Source of the DNA: Octopus vulgaris
Taxonomy: Eukaryota
Direction of reading: 5' to 3'
Length of the DNA stretch: 64,000 nucleotides
Assembly (NCBI GenBank): GCA_951406725.2
Contig: OX597815.1
Coordinates: 53,754,001 to 53,818,000, forward strand
The notes under the pieces were generated by a model that saw only the letters and a program-made list of their open reading frames with translations, was not told the origin of the DNA and did not search any database. The translations under genes were made by a program, and so were the position numbers. Below are positions 51,666-64,000 of this stretch, one piece after another (the first letter of the stretch is position 1; the number at the start of each line of letters is the position of its first letter).

Positions 51666-53406
51666 TCAAACGATAACAGTTTGAATATCAATCATATTTT
51701 TTCCACATTGATGAAAACTGAGATTGTGATTTACTCACTTCGTCTTATTAAACAATAGCAAAACAAGTCAGGTCAAATGGCTGCAATCGGAAATAAAATA
51801 ATAAGACCAGAGCTCTACTTCGGCTTGGTTTTGCAATGGCTGTTTCACACGAAAACCAGTTGTAGAACTTTTCTATAGGAAAAGACAATAAATAAATAAA
51901 TATAAAATAAATCGAGATAAAAACAGAAACAAAGGAGCAAAACAAAAACAGTATGAAACAGTATGAAACAGCAATCGTTTTAGCAGTAGTAATAACAGCT
52001 TCAGTGATTTTTACTTGCGGCATAAATAACAATATCTATAACCAAAGCAACTGTCATTTCATGCTGACGGGGCTAAAATACATTTGACTTTATTTATGAT
52101 TCTTAAATGGAATTTTATGAAAGCAATTTTATTCAAAGCAGAACAAATGGATTCTATATTGCAAAGTTATTTCCAGAAAATATCTCTTTATCAGTTGGAT
52201 GAATTTTATATGATTTATAGTCTTAGTTACAGCAGTAAGATCTGTTTGAAATAGCCACGGGATTTTATATTTTGAAGTACATATGTCCAGCACCCAGCAA
52301 CTGGTACAATCAATTCGACGGATTCTCCCCAGTTTCTCCCCACCTAATTTTACATCCGTTTTGGGTCAACCCGAAACCAGGTAAAAATCATTTATTCAAG
52401 GTGTGGTGCAGTAGGATCGAATTCGAACGTCACGTGGTCTTAAACGCACTTCGTAACCATCTTCTTAATGACAAATGCAAGTTAGAAGCGAAAATGAAAG
52501 GAAACGTATTTCCTGGTCAGACATGCTGGCAGTTTGCATACACAAAGATTGCTCAACTTTTCAGAGAATTTGGGAGTGGTGAGAACCAGAATTTATACAT
52601 TATATTCTCTACTATAATTGAGTTACCGAACGACTTCATCTATTATGCAGACAGTTCAATCAAGTTATTAGCAATTCGATTGATGGTTGCTTAGTTTCAG
52701 CTGCAGGTCAGTTTGCTATATAGATTCGTTATTTAGTAAATGCAAGCTTGAACACCAGAGAGTTTTGTTATGATTATAATTACTTATAAATATTTAAAAG
52801 ACGTTTACATGTTTATTTACTAAAGAGGAAATGGGTACTCAATTGATTCATTAAGGATATTTGCATTTCTATTTAGGTAGGCTATTGCCGGCTTCGACTG
52901 AAGAATGGATTCAAACCTCAGGTAAACACTCCATTACCATAGTCAGCTAGCACTGATTGCAAAACTCAAAAGAATTATATCCAAATTCTTATAGCCAACA
53001 TTTAGTCATTTGATCAATCCATTAATTTAAAAATGTAATTTTATGGCAATTGTGTGAAATAAAAATTAATTACTGGAACTTTATTCATACAAAGTGACTA
53101 TCTAAAGCAGTGGTTCTCAAACTTTTTCACCTACGAGCTCACTTTTTTATGATCAATGAATCCCAGGCTCACTGACTTCTAAATCAGTTACCCGACCCTC
53201 TTCCGGAATATAAACCCCATAAAGTAGTAATTGTTTCTATATGCTAGCTTCATGCACGGGTACAATCGCAATCGTTAAATAAAAACTACATCAGTGTTAT
53301 AATATCCTTTTGTTTATGGAACCTGCAAGCAAAAAAAAAAGGGAAACATCGAGAAATGGAAGAAATTTATATTTACATTTACATTTACAAGAAATGAAGA
53401 AGCAAT

Positions 53407-55202
53407 TTAATGGCTACATTGCGGTTGGTATTTTTCAGTTAGGGTATCAATTTGAACTTCAAAGGATTGGTTCAACTCGAGACGCAAATCTCCTCTTTTC
53501 GCAATTTGAAGAACACGCCGTTTTTTTTTTCTTGTGAAAATGTCACTCACTGCAGAAAATCCATCTTTAACTAACCAGGATATTGGAAAGCAGAGGAGAA
53601 ACGGGTTTGCTTCAAGAAAAAATGTATATGCAGCCAACCACAAAGACGTTCTCTATCCAACTTCGTCATTAAGATTGCATTCTCCTTAAGACCAAGCAGC
53701 TCGGCTACAAGTTTGGAATTAAGATCTTGATCGCTAATAACATCATAATGATGAAGGTCAAAAACCCACTTCGGTGGCTTCAAGTCGAGTATATCTTGGA
53801 AGCATCTTCTCATATCCATTTGCAAGCTCTTCAAATAGCTGACACAGCTGGTGATTACTGCTTCTGGTTGTTCCGTTTTAACAAGATGACTAAAAAAAGG
53901 CAAATTCGCCCCTTTGAAACTGAATTACCCATAAACCAAAGCTTGTTTGTGAATGACCGTATCTTCTCGGTACAGTCCACTATCGCCGCACCGCATCTTT
54001 GAATCAGTTTATTTAAGGCATTTACCTACGAGAAAATGTTGGCAAATTAGAAAATTTTTGCCTTTGTCTCGATATCATTCATTTTGCCTTTTCCTTTTGC
54101 TTCCACCGGCTTGCTTGAAGGCGCATGTTCTCAAGGAAAAGCAGAAGTGAATCCCACATTTGTACAAGGCGTGAGAGACAATCGCCTTTTGACAGCCATC
54201 GAACTCAGGTATGTAATAGAAGCGTTTTGTGCTCCTCATTTTCGCAGAGTTTTGAAAATAGCCTTTCGTTGAGAGCATTGGCTTTGACAAAAGTGTCAGA
54301 TGAAATCGCCAATTGGAGGGCACTTTCCATTGAGTGATTTAGCAGCAAGGTGTTGTCGATGGATGATGCTGTGAATTGACAAGATGTCGGATGCAATTTC
54401 TTACAATTTTGCTATAAATCTATTGTGTCTACCTGTCAATGCATTTGCACCGTCTGTAGCAATTTGCAGCAGATTCGATAATGGGATTTCTTTTTCTTCG
54501 AAATAAGATTTGACAGCTTCAAATATAGTCTCACTCTTTGTATCAGTTAAGCTTTCATAAAGGAAATTTCTTCACGTATAGTCAGCTCTTCGATAAAGCG
54601 AACGTAGACAAGTAGCAAGCAGCAGTAATGAAGAGTTGTTTCAGATTTGGAGAGAAAACTTTAAAGACTTTAAGCTTGACCACCAGTTGTTCCTCCAGCT
54701 TTTCTGCCATCTCTTCCTGCCTTCTTTTAACTGTATCATTAAACAAAGGGACTTTGTGTAGAACAGGGCGGCCTCTTCTCTAAGCATTTCTTTTACACAC
54801 GCCAAAATTGTTGGTTTAACTAGAATTTCAGCGATTGTATGAGATTTACTTGCCTTTGCAACTAATTCACTCACTGCGTTACTTGCTCTCAGTCCCTTTT
54901 TTTTACCAACATCGTTTTTTCTGTATGAATACTTCTAATGGCAGATGTGCATTTTTCCACCGCATCTCCAACGTATTTTCAAGATAATCGAGACTTCTTC
55001 CAACGGAACCAGGGTGTGTCATTTGCTGATGGGCCATTAATTTCGATTTCTTCATGGAATCATTCGTCATCACCAATCCACAATCCAAGCAATTTGGTTT
55101 ATCTGCATCGCTGTATGATGATGCAAAACCAAGGGGTGGGTGGTCTTGGTTGTTCGATCGGGTAAATTTCCTCTTTTCGAAACTGATGACATCATGTTGC
55201 AA
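53407..55202 (-). pseudogene. Buster-type (ZBED5/ZBED8-like) hAT transposase, multiple frameshifts
   Basis: BED-like KPNCLDCG...MKKSKLMAH...H; VAKASKSHTIAEILVKP; FSLQI; LLVYVRF; NERLFSKLCENEEHKTLLLHT*VRWLSKG; GDLRL...SH stop. Confidence 0.9.
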
Positions 55203-55358
55203 AATTTGAAGAAAACTAAAAAAAAAAAAGAAAAAGACCTCTTATGATTGTTCTTATAACGTGATTCTAACTGAATGCATAAGATGAAAGTCGCTAGCAC
55301 CACATTTTATTAATGTTTTGGTTGAGATTTACATAGCCCATTGCACTATCAAATTTTC

Positions 55359-55444
55359 TTATCGATTTATCCGTGGTTTCTAGAACCTTAATAATATACT
55401 ATAGTATATCATTAAGGTTCTAGAAACCACGGATAAATCGATAA
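55359..55444. repeat. 86-bp near-perfect palindrome without spacer
   Basis: ttatcgatttatccgtggtttctagaaccttaat-a-atatactatagtatat-c-attaaggttctagaaaccacggataaatcgataa; one mismatched pair. Confidence 0.95.
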
Positions 55445-55482
55445 ATCAGAAGGAATGTATCGGCTTCGTAAAAATGAACAAA

Positions 55483-56715
55483 CTAGAAAACGCACCCGTC
55501 CTTTGGACGGTTTAAGTTGCTTTGGTGGTATTTTTTCACCAAATAATTGTACGACCGAGAAGGTTTATGAGTAGGACAGCAATCTATGTTTCCAATTAAC
55601 CTAGGAACGAAAAATAAAATTGAAGTCTGGTTATTGTGAAGGTCGTTGCACTTAAAGGATCATAGATCATATAAGTTTGCAAGCGATGCAAAGTAGAACT
55701 ACTGAAGTGTTTTGGGAGTAGATTATGGATAATGGCTACAAAATATAGTTGATTTTTAAGCATATTTTATTCACTTTTATTTTCATATATAACATATAAA
55801 CATGCACATCTTTTGGAACATTGTAACTTTATAAGATTTTGCAGGCACATTTTTAAATTAACATTTATTTACATGAAAGAAAATTATCGGAGACATAACA
55901 AGTGTTAGGCGGAGGTAAAGAATACGCACACCATCCGTTTTCGGCTGTGCATATTCTTTACCCTCGCTCACGTGAAGTGCTAAAAATAATAGCTAAATAA
56001 GATTTTTTTTGATAAATCTTTTAAATTAACATAAACATTTATTTACATGGAAAAATTTACTGGAGACATAACACAATGTTGTGCTAAAAATAACAACTAA
56101 AGATTTTTTGGATAAATCTTCAAAATTGACATAAACATTTACATGAAAGAACATTACCGGAAACATAACACGTTTTGTGCTAAAACTAACAGCTAAATAA
56201 GAAATTTGGATAAGTCTTTTGAATTAACATAAACATTTATTTATATGAAAGATAAATACTGGAGACATAACACGTGTTGTGGTAAAATTAACAGCTAAGT
56301 AAGACTTTTTGGATAAATCTTTTAAATTAACATAACACGTGTTGCGCTAAAAATAACAGCTAAATAAGTTTTTTGGATAAATCTTAAATTTACATAAACA
56401 TTTATTTTCATGAAAAAAAATTACCGGAGACATAACACGTGTTGTGTTACCGTTGCAGGTAGGCAGTTGAAATAAATAAATAGACAAAATTCTTTCACTT
56501 TTAAAAAAATTATGAAAGACCCTACAAACCAAGAAAAACAACTATGTCCATTTACGTCCATTTACGCGTGAGCTCTGGGCAAAATGTTATAGTGCACGAC
56601 CATCCTTGGGACATAAGGAATGCGTGTGTAAAGTTTGGTGAAAATAGGTTGAGAATTGTGGAAATGTATGCGTTAGTCATTATACATACACATACTGTGA
56701 TTTATATATACTAGA
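55483..56715 (-). mobile_element. Complete non-autonomous Helitron inserted in the hAT
   Basis: Minus strand reads A|TCTAGTATATATAAA ... hairpin ccgtcc-3nt-ggacgg ... CTAG|T; A-T insertion site, no TSD. Confidence 0.85.
55855..56447. repeat. Minisatellite of about 100 bp inside the Helitron
   Basis: gga(g/a)acataac at 55889, 56062, 56159, 56261 and 56426, plus a partial unit. Confidence 0.9.
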
Positions 56716-57020
56716 TTAAAGCAGAATACTTACCAAACAAATATTTGTTCGACTGATCCATTAGATAAGAGTTAAAAATATTGACCGTTTTTGATTTCAA
56801 TAGATACACATTTATATCACTAAAAACGTGCTGCATAGGTGATTGTAGCAGATAGGCTCAAACTTGTCATGGGTGCTGCTAGGAAATACATATAACAGGT
56901 ACACTGTCATAAAGATGCTTGCATTCACGGAAGACTCACCACTCCACAATTGATTTGGTCAAACTGCAAATCACATGCTTACTGTAGTGGTGTGATCTGA
57001 GAAAAATATTCAGTCAAGAC

Positions 57021-57116
57021 CAGCGTTGTCAAAGTTGTTACGTTTGTAACAACTTTGACAAATTTAATGTGTTGTTACGTTATTTGTTACGTTTTGGAAT
57101 TTTCTTTGTTACGTTG
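57021..57116. mobile_element. 96-bp insertion with 8-bp direct flanks and a perfect 15-bp hairpin
   Basis: gtcaagac at 57013-57020 and 57117-57124; tgtcaaagttgttac-gttt-gtaacaactttgaca; ttgttacgtt four times. Confidence 0.7.
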
Positions 57117-57327
57117 GTCAAGACTACAAATTGAATACTAAAAACAGTTTGTTTCCAATCCAGAAAAATTGCAAGGCCCCCTCAAAATTTTCCCAGGCTT
57201 AACGTTGAGAACCACTCACCTAAAGGATTGCCCTAGAAGATACACTCTGTAATGCTTAACCTCAGCACTCAGAATCAGCGAAACCCATCGCTTATAAACT
57301 GTGCTGGTTATTTACCTATCTACAATA

Positions 57328-57406
<79 letters not shown>

Positions 57407-57407
57407 C

Positions 57408-57620
57408 TGGTTTCAAATTTCGGCACAAGACCGGCAAGTTCGGGAGAGGGAGTAAGTCAATTACGTTGACCCCAGTCCTCAACTGGTACTTATTTTATCA
57501 AGTCGAAAGAATAAAAGGCAAAGTCGATCTCGGTGGAATTTGAATTCAGGACGTAAGGACGGACGAAATGTTGCTAAGTATTTTGCCCGGTGTGCTGATG
57601 ACTCTGCCAGCTGGCCGCTT
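57408..57620 (-). mobile_element. SINE family B
   Basis: ggtttcaaatttcggcacaag...ctgccagctggccgctt. Confidence 0.88.
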
Positions 57621-58786
57621 TTATGCATTTATATAATGCTATATATACTTTTTTTTAATTATGAACATCTTGAGCATTTTTCATTTGAAAGGAAAATCGA
57701 GCAATAACTTTACATCAGTGTGTTACAGGTACAAATATTGGCATTATATAATTGAAGTAAATACACTGTGAGTTCTGAGCTGTCGTAAAGTAACTTTCTT
57801 GTTAAAGAGAACAAGCAATTAGAAACAATTTCGACTTTCCCCTTACCTTATATACGTAATTCACAATGGCAGTTAATTTTACATTACACTATGTCGTAAA
57901 AGACATGAGTAAAGACGTACTGATATGAAAATTTGTTTATAATAAAAACTCATTGGGTAATATACACTTAGATACATTTTCTGAAAATAATGCAAGATGG
58001 TCATGAGTGGAATGCTTCTAATTATAGCTTTATGTATCAGAGAGATCTGGCGTTGACCAAAAATACCAACTGCAATATATTTGAAAATTAACTAGTCCAG
58101 AGCGTAATTTTTTTACTGCCTGAGCAAATGTAAAATGCTGATAGATCACTAATCTTCTTCTGTTTATTCAGTATTCTATAGACTAAATCATTTATCGTTA
58201 TTTGTCAAGAAGGAAGTTTTTTTCCAGTTTGTGTCTGAATTTACGTTCAGTTGAGCAGCAACTGGCATTTAGCTGCATAATGTAGTCTTGCCGGAATGAT
58301 TCAGATGAACTGAATCGGAACACTAATGGTGTTTATCATAACTAGAAAAAGTGTCTGCTAACAATGATGACGACGATTACAACAATGACGGAATATGTTT
58401 TGTCATCAACACTTGTTCCGATGACTAATTTGCGCGTAGGGAACAATAATAAAGATTACAGGAAAAAAAAAAAAGAAAACAGGCTACTTTTGAATTTAGA
58501 AGTGTATGGTGGGAATCACTATGAAAGCGGTCTTTTTTATTGTTTATCATCCTTGGGTAAACTTTAAGACAACCAAACCGCTCTGTAAGTATGTCTAATT
58601 TTCAAATAGTTTTTCTCACAGATGTGCGCGAAATAACATTTTTGTCTCTTCACAGCATAGCAACTCATCCGAATATACTATCTGTATTGAATGGTTTTTA
58701 CCAATGTAAACCACTAAGTCTTTGTTTGAGCTTTACCTTATGTTTTTCTCAACTACAAATCAATATGTATTATGAGATAAACGAAA

Positions 58787-58998
58787 GATGGCGAGCTGGT
58801 ACAGTCGTTACGCGTAGAACGAAGTGCTTAGCCGCATTTCTCTCGTCTCTTTACATTCTGTGTTCAAATGCTACCGAGGTCGACTTTGCTTTTCACCTTA
58901 TCTGGGCTGGTAGAATTAGGTACCTGTTAATTATTGTGCTCGTTACATTCGACTAGCCGCCTCACATGAAACTCAGGCCTTGTGCCTATAGTAGAAAG
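58787..58998 (+). mobile_element. SINE family B, degraded
   Basis: gatggcgagctggtacagtcgtta...ggccttgtgcctatagtagaaa. Confidence 0.82.
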
Positions 58999-59003
58999 TT
59001 TCA

Positions 59004-59790
59004 TTAGATAGCAAAAAAAAAAAGTTTAAAGATTTTTTTTCGATTAAAACCACAGATTTGTTTTAGAATTTCTGCTCCTCGATTGATTGTTAGATTAGAT
59101 GGAGTAGATCTAGCAGCTATATGAACAAAAATGTTTTCATTAGTATTTAGAATTTTGTGAAGTTTTTCATTGTTGCAACTGACCGATTCGATTAATCTAC
59201 GATGTGCTGAACTACAGCCTCTCTTCGGCAGCGGGTTATATCCATCAGCATGTGGCTTAACTATATATTGTCTATTCCCTCGTATTGGGAAAAACATCTC
59301 TCCGCAGCAAGCATCATGTTTCATTCATGTCAACTACTGTCTGGTTTCGCAGCGTTTCTTTAGAGACACTTTCCCCTAAATTCTCAAGAGTTGGTCTTCA
59401 CTGTATCCGATTTGGAACATATATCCGATTTGGAAGCGAAACAAAAAAGCTGTTTCTATACATCGCAAATACATGCGTGAGACATATAGGTATTAATTTC
59501 CTCAAAGAATAATATGGTTTACGAATCAATCTTAAGCTAGACACAACTTATTGAACAGTGACCTACTCTCCTGATATATTTCTCAAGGCGTTTACGATAA
59601 TTAGTAAGTTACATTATGATGGTTAAGTTCGTACATTTAAGCAAAGCTAAAAATATTCATGGAAATCCTACCATTATTTTAAAACCTTTGCCAAAAGGCT
59701 TGCAAAGTATCAGGAGGCCCCAAGAGACATATACGTATCAATAGAGCATGATTACCGTTATATTTTACGAAACCCTCATTTGTCGTTCAC
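59004..59790 (-). mobile_element. Degraded L1/Tx1-like RT fragment
   Basis: IRGNRQYIVKPHADG may be a decayed YADD motif; the rest is poorly readable. Confidence 0.4.
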
Positions 59791-59803
59791 AGCAAGAGAA
59801 TCC

Positions 59804-59839
<36 letters not shown>

Positions 59840-59841
59840 TG

Positions 59842-60050
59842 TAGGAGTAGGAGTGACTGTGTGGTAAGAATCTTCTTGCTTTCAATCACATGGTTCCGGG
59901 TTCAGTTCAGCTAGGTGGCACCTTGGGCAAGTGTCTTCTATAATAGCCTCAGGCCAAATAAGGCCCTGTCAGTGAATTTAGACGGAAACTGAAAGAAGCT
60001 GTCTTCTTATGTATACATTTGTACGTGTCTGTGTGTGTCCCCAATATGTG
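59842..60050 (+). mobile_element. SINE family A, 5' half
   Basis: aggagtgactgtgtggtaag...ggcaccttgggcaagtgtcttc...ggaaactgaaagaagc. Confidence 0.87.
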
Positions 60051-60054
60051 TGTT

Positions 60055-60100
<46 letters not shown>

Positions 60101-60103
<3 letters not shown>

Positions 60104-60931
60104 GAAATTCTCTAGAGGAAGAATTCAGCGAACACCAGAACCAACTTTGGCGGGCAGGACATATGAAAAATTAAATAAATAACAGACTTAAATGCATACC
60201 TCGGTCTTAACAAAAGAATTACTTGCATAATTCAAGTGTCCGTGACTTCATCAGTACATTCGATCCTCGAGATGCAAACCACAAGACTAACCCCAGCTCT
60301 CTGTGTCAAGACAGACACGTGCTTAGTCTTACTGATTACATCGGGAATAAAATTTCAAATGTCTTGGTTCTGGCGTGCTGAGAGACTCCTGAAGCGAAGG
60401 GCTGCAGTGAATAATTCACTCCGGGTAGTGCTTACAACTAGGGAACGTATTTATTTAAATATTTAAAAATTGAGGGAGATAAATTAATATTAATTTTAAT
60501 ATCAATTTAAAACCAGTAGTCCAGCATTCAAAAAATCTGAGGAGTCAGAGAAAATTCAAATATATGTGTATATTGGCAGGGGCTGGCCTGCTAGGTAGCC
60601 GGCCAGAATGCTAGAAGAAGATCATCAAGTAATTCTTTTGTTAAGACCGAAACCGAGGTATGCATTTAAGTCTGTTATTTATTTAATTTTTCATATGTCC
60701 TGCCCGCCAAAGTTGGTTCTGGTGTTCGCTGAATTCTTCCTCTAGAGAATTTCCCTTGTAGTTTGATCGTTGATGATCTTCTTCTAGCATTCTGGCCGGC
60801 TACCTAGCAGGCCAGCCCTGCCAATATACACATATATTTGAATTTTCTCTGACTCCTCAGATTTTTTGAATGCTGGACTACTGGTTTTAAATTGATATTA
60901 AAATTAATATTAATTTATCTCCCTCAATTTT

Positions 60932-60938
<7 letters not shown>
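60101..60938. mobile_element. Hammerhead-bearing non-coding element with double inverted repeat (A-X-B-A'-B') embedded in (TA)n
   Basis: A 60101-60225 is the reverse complement of 60626-60757; B 60459-60628 is the reverse complement of 60770-60938; HHR parts at 60191-60260(-) and 60645-60666(+). Confidence 0.85.
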
Positions 60939-60994
<56 letters not shown>

Positions 60995-61260
60995 CTAGCG
61001 ACAGAAGCAGTATCAATACCAAAAGGACACATTAGTGTTTGAAAAGATGCCGATATTCTATATATAGTAGCAGCTTGACTGGATTACGGTGACCGGACGC
61101 CTCTCACTGATGGTTTCCTATAGAATGAAATCACGAAAGACGACTCTCGTCTGCTAACATTTATGTGTGGACATTTATGCACCAAGCGCCTATAACCAAG
61201 CACCTAATGGTGCAGTGTTTGGTGTTCTAACAAGACATTCACTATATATATATATATATA

Positions 61261-61685
61261 TTCTTTTATTCCTTTACTTGTTTCAGTCATTTTGACTGTG
61301 GTCATGCTGGAGCACCGTCTTTTAGTCGAAGAAATCGGCCCCTTGACATTCTTTGTAAGCCTTGTACTTATTCTATCGGTTTCTTTTGCCCAACCGTTAA
61401 GTTACGGGGACGTAAACACACCAACATTGGTTGACAATCAATGGTGGGGGTCTAACAGACACTGATATATACATACAGGTACACACATACACTCTCATAC
61501 GCACACACACACACGTGCGCAAACACACACACACGCTCATATACGATGGACTTCTTTCAGTTTCTGTCACAAGTCTTTCGTCGGCCCAAGACTACATTAG
61601 AAGACATTTGCCGAAGGTGCCGCGCAGTGGGACTGAACCTGGTACCATGTGGTTGGAAGCAAGCTTCTTACCTCACAGCCATGCG
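61261..61685 (-). mobile_element. SINE family A
   Basis: Tail-to-head reverse complement. Confidence 0.9.
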
Positions 61686-62242
61686 ACTTAGGTATTAGGA
61701 AACGCCCACATTGTTAGAAATAAGGACTAAAGTGCTCTAATGATGTGTTAACGTACAAGAAGGAAAACACTTATCACATAACATATAATATGTAACAAGG
61801 ATCAAATGGTTCGAAAAGTGCTGATCGAGAATTCTTAACATTGGACGCGTCAGTTCCGGCAATTTCCGTTGCCTCATTAGTTTAGACAGCTCGACTTCGA
61901 CTCTTTCCGGGCTCACTTCGCCTTTAGTATCTATGCTTTTTGTCATCCAAATAATTGAGTGATTTAGCGATTCACTAATGCAATTAATACAAACAGAAAT
62001 TTGCAATGTTTCATCAAAAAGAAAAGTTACAAGTGTCACTAAATGCGACTAGGGTGTTAGGAAACAACTACATTGCTAGAAATGAGAGCTAAACCGATTG
62101 TTACTTTTCGTACGAAAATGGTCCCTGTTAGTGCATATGTTTTCATTCATGTGCGTTAACTACAGCATTAGACCGGTTTAGCTCTTATTACTAGCACTGT
62201 AGGTATTTCCTAATACCTAGTCGCATTTAGTGACACTTGTAA
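61682..62242. repeat. Foldback structure: two direct arms (61682-61785, 62027-62096) and one inverted arm (62127-62242)
   Basis: tgcgact(t)aggt(a/g)ttaggaaac...cattg(t/c)tagaaat in both direct arms; tttcctaatacctagtcgcatttagtgacacttgtaa in the inverted arm. Confidence 0.75.
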
Positions 62243-62257
62243 TTCTCCTTTTTGGAG

Positions 62258-62590
62258 TACTTATTCCATGGGACTCTTTTGCCGAACTACTAAGTTACGG
62301 GGACGTAAACACACTAGCATCGGTTGTTAAGCGATGTTGGGTGGACAAACACAGACACACAAACATACACAAACACACACACACACACACACACATAAAT
62401 ATATGTATGTATATATATATATATATACGACGGACTTCTTTCAGTTTCCGTCTACCAAATCCACTCACAAGGTTTTGGTCGGCCCGGGGCTATAGTAGAA
62501 GACACTTGCCCAAGGTGCCACGCAGTGGGAGTGAACCCGGAGCAATGTGGTTCGTAAGCAAGCTACTTACCACACATCCACTCCTACGCC
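62258..62590 (-). mobile_element. SINE family A, tail truncated
   Basis: Reverse complement of the body and head. Confidence 0.9.
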
Positions 62591-62604
62591 TATATATATA
62601 TATA

Positions 62605-62745
62605 TAATACCGGAGTAAACACATAAATGTGAAACAAGGTGGAAAAAAGAGTATTCAAATACCAGTGGTAGAGTAATATGCTTTATTTAAAAGCAGCAGA
62701 AATTCAACAAAACCTGTTACTCTGAGTTTCACGTTCCCGTGAAAA
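62605..62745 (-). mobile_element. pLTR-like fragment with the 3' half of a hammerhead (62713-62740)
   Basis: Minus strand: acg-ggaa-cgt GAAAC tcaga GTA acagg; the CUGANGA half is absent. Confidence 0.5.
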
Positions 62746-62851
62746 TATAAATAATATATAAATATATGCATATATACATACATATATGTACATACCTACA
62801 TATATATGTATATATACATGCATATATGGGTACAGGACATCAAAAAACGTG

Positions 62852-63165
62852 ACAGTTTCGTCAAAGAAATATGTGGGTCTCACAGAGGGGAATTTTAAGG
62901 CCAGGTTCAACAATCACACCTTGAGGTTCAGGTACTGGGATAAAAGAAAAACATCCAAATGATCCAATCATATATGGTCCTTAAATAATAAAGGTGTCGG
63001 TTACAACATCGATTGGAAGATCTTAGCCAAGTGTAAGCCTTACACCAACGGCAGTGGAAAGTGAGGTACTTGTGATATGGAAAGGTGGCTCATCTGGAAA
63101 AGCAGCTTAGACCTTGCTACATGTCTAAATTGAAGAACTGAACTTTTTAGATCATGTCCATATAT
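62852..63165 (+). pseudogene. Penelope-like GIY-YIG endonuclease fragment
   Basis: KYVGLTEGNFKARFNNHTLRF...SNHIWSLNNKGVGYNIDWKILAKCKPYTNGSGK*GTCDMER...LN*RTELFRSCP; not in the ORF track because of stops. Confidence 0.88.
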
Positions 63166-63424
63166 GGCTAAATATTTGTTACGTTTATGTAGGTGTACAT
63201 GCATGTGTTTCACGCGAGTGTGAGTGAGCATATGCATATGTATAGCATGTGCGTTTTTAAACGTGTATTTGAATATAATTGTGCGCGTATGGGTATGTGC
63301 ACGCGTGTGTGTGTGCGTTTGTGCGGATAAGTATATATGTACATCGTGTGTGTGTGTGTGCGTGCGTGTATGCGGGTATGTATATATGCACATGTATATG
63401 TACATGAGTATGGTTGTATGTATG

Positions 63425-63455
<31 letters not shown>

Positions 63456-64000
63456 CTGTGTGCTTGTGTTTGTCTGAACCCATCTTCAGAACCGGTGTCG
63501 GTTTCTTTAGGTCCCCGTTATAAAATTTATTCTTATGAATTTATTATAGGTTCTAATTCGAATGAGATGAAGTTGCTATTTCTAGTAGATCAAGCAACCA
63601 GGCAGAGGCTCCAGGGTTAAGAACTGAAAGATTTGTGAATTTAATCCTTCAGATTTTAAATCAACGCTTTTATAGCTTATGGCTAAATCGGGAAAGTATT
63701 CAGTGACAGCGAACCAAATTTTTCCATAGACGCCAATATAAAGTTGTGTGAAAGGAGCCCCATTTACCATCGATTATGAGATATTTGACATAATCAAGTT
63801 ATATCAAATATCTGAGTGATATTTACAACAAGAATGGAAAAGAGTCTGGATATATTGATCTTTCACTTACATACAAAGCATAGACTATTCCTATATCACC
63901 ATGGTCAAAGGCATTTAAGCCTCGACTATCCCATCTCATTTTAAGATATAGTGCGTATAAGACATTTTATATTGTCACCTTTGATGAAACAGTAGAGCGT

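Larger units (their letters stand above)
53108..57217 (-). mobile_element. hAT (Buster/Charlie-type) DNA transposon with nested insertions
   Basis: TIRs cagtggttctcaa / ttgagaaccactc; 8-bp TSD atctaaag (53100-53107) / acctaaag (57218-57225) with central TA. Confidence 0.92.

Noticed and set aside
55855-56447. Regular repeats superficially like a CRISPR array
   Set aside because: Whole units are repeated with no unique spacers, no cas genes, eukaryotic context; it is a Helitron minisatellite.

Overview
AT-rich, microsatellite-saturated eukaryotic non-coding DNA. The two dominant tRNA-derived SINE families and the repeat load look like an Octopus (coleoid cephalopod) genome; this is recognition from memory, not a database hit. 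I found no convincing host protein-coding exon, and nearly all ORFs in the track are microsatellite artefacts or decayed transposon genes. Transposons present: five mariner copies, a Buster/Charlie-type hAT with TIRs and an 8-bp TSD carrying nested insertions, two Helitrons, a pogo-like deletion derivative, fragments of CR1, R4-like and L1/Tx1-like LINEs, and two Penelope-like (GIY-YIG) fragments. The most interesting signal is a dense set of type I hammerhead ribozyme (HHR) motifs, roughly a dozen loci in several unrelated sequence contexts. One is fully canonical (39350-39431, minus strand). One sits in a ~360-bp tandem satellite that has an orphan copy starting at the predicted cleavage site. 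One sits in a ~545-nt circularly permuted, inverted unit. Together they suggest a family-rich Penelope-dependent, retrozyme-like system of self-cleaving, possibly circular, non-coding RNAs. All folding and alignment was done by eye. TIR, TSD and HHR coordinates were counted directly; boundaries of degraded repeats are approximate.
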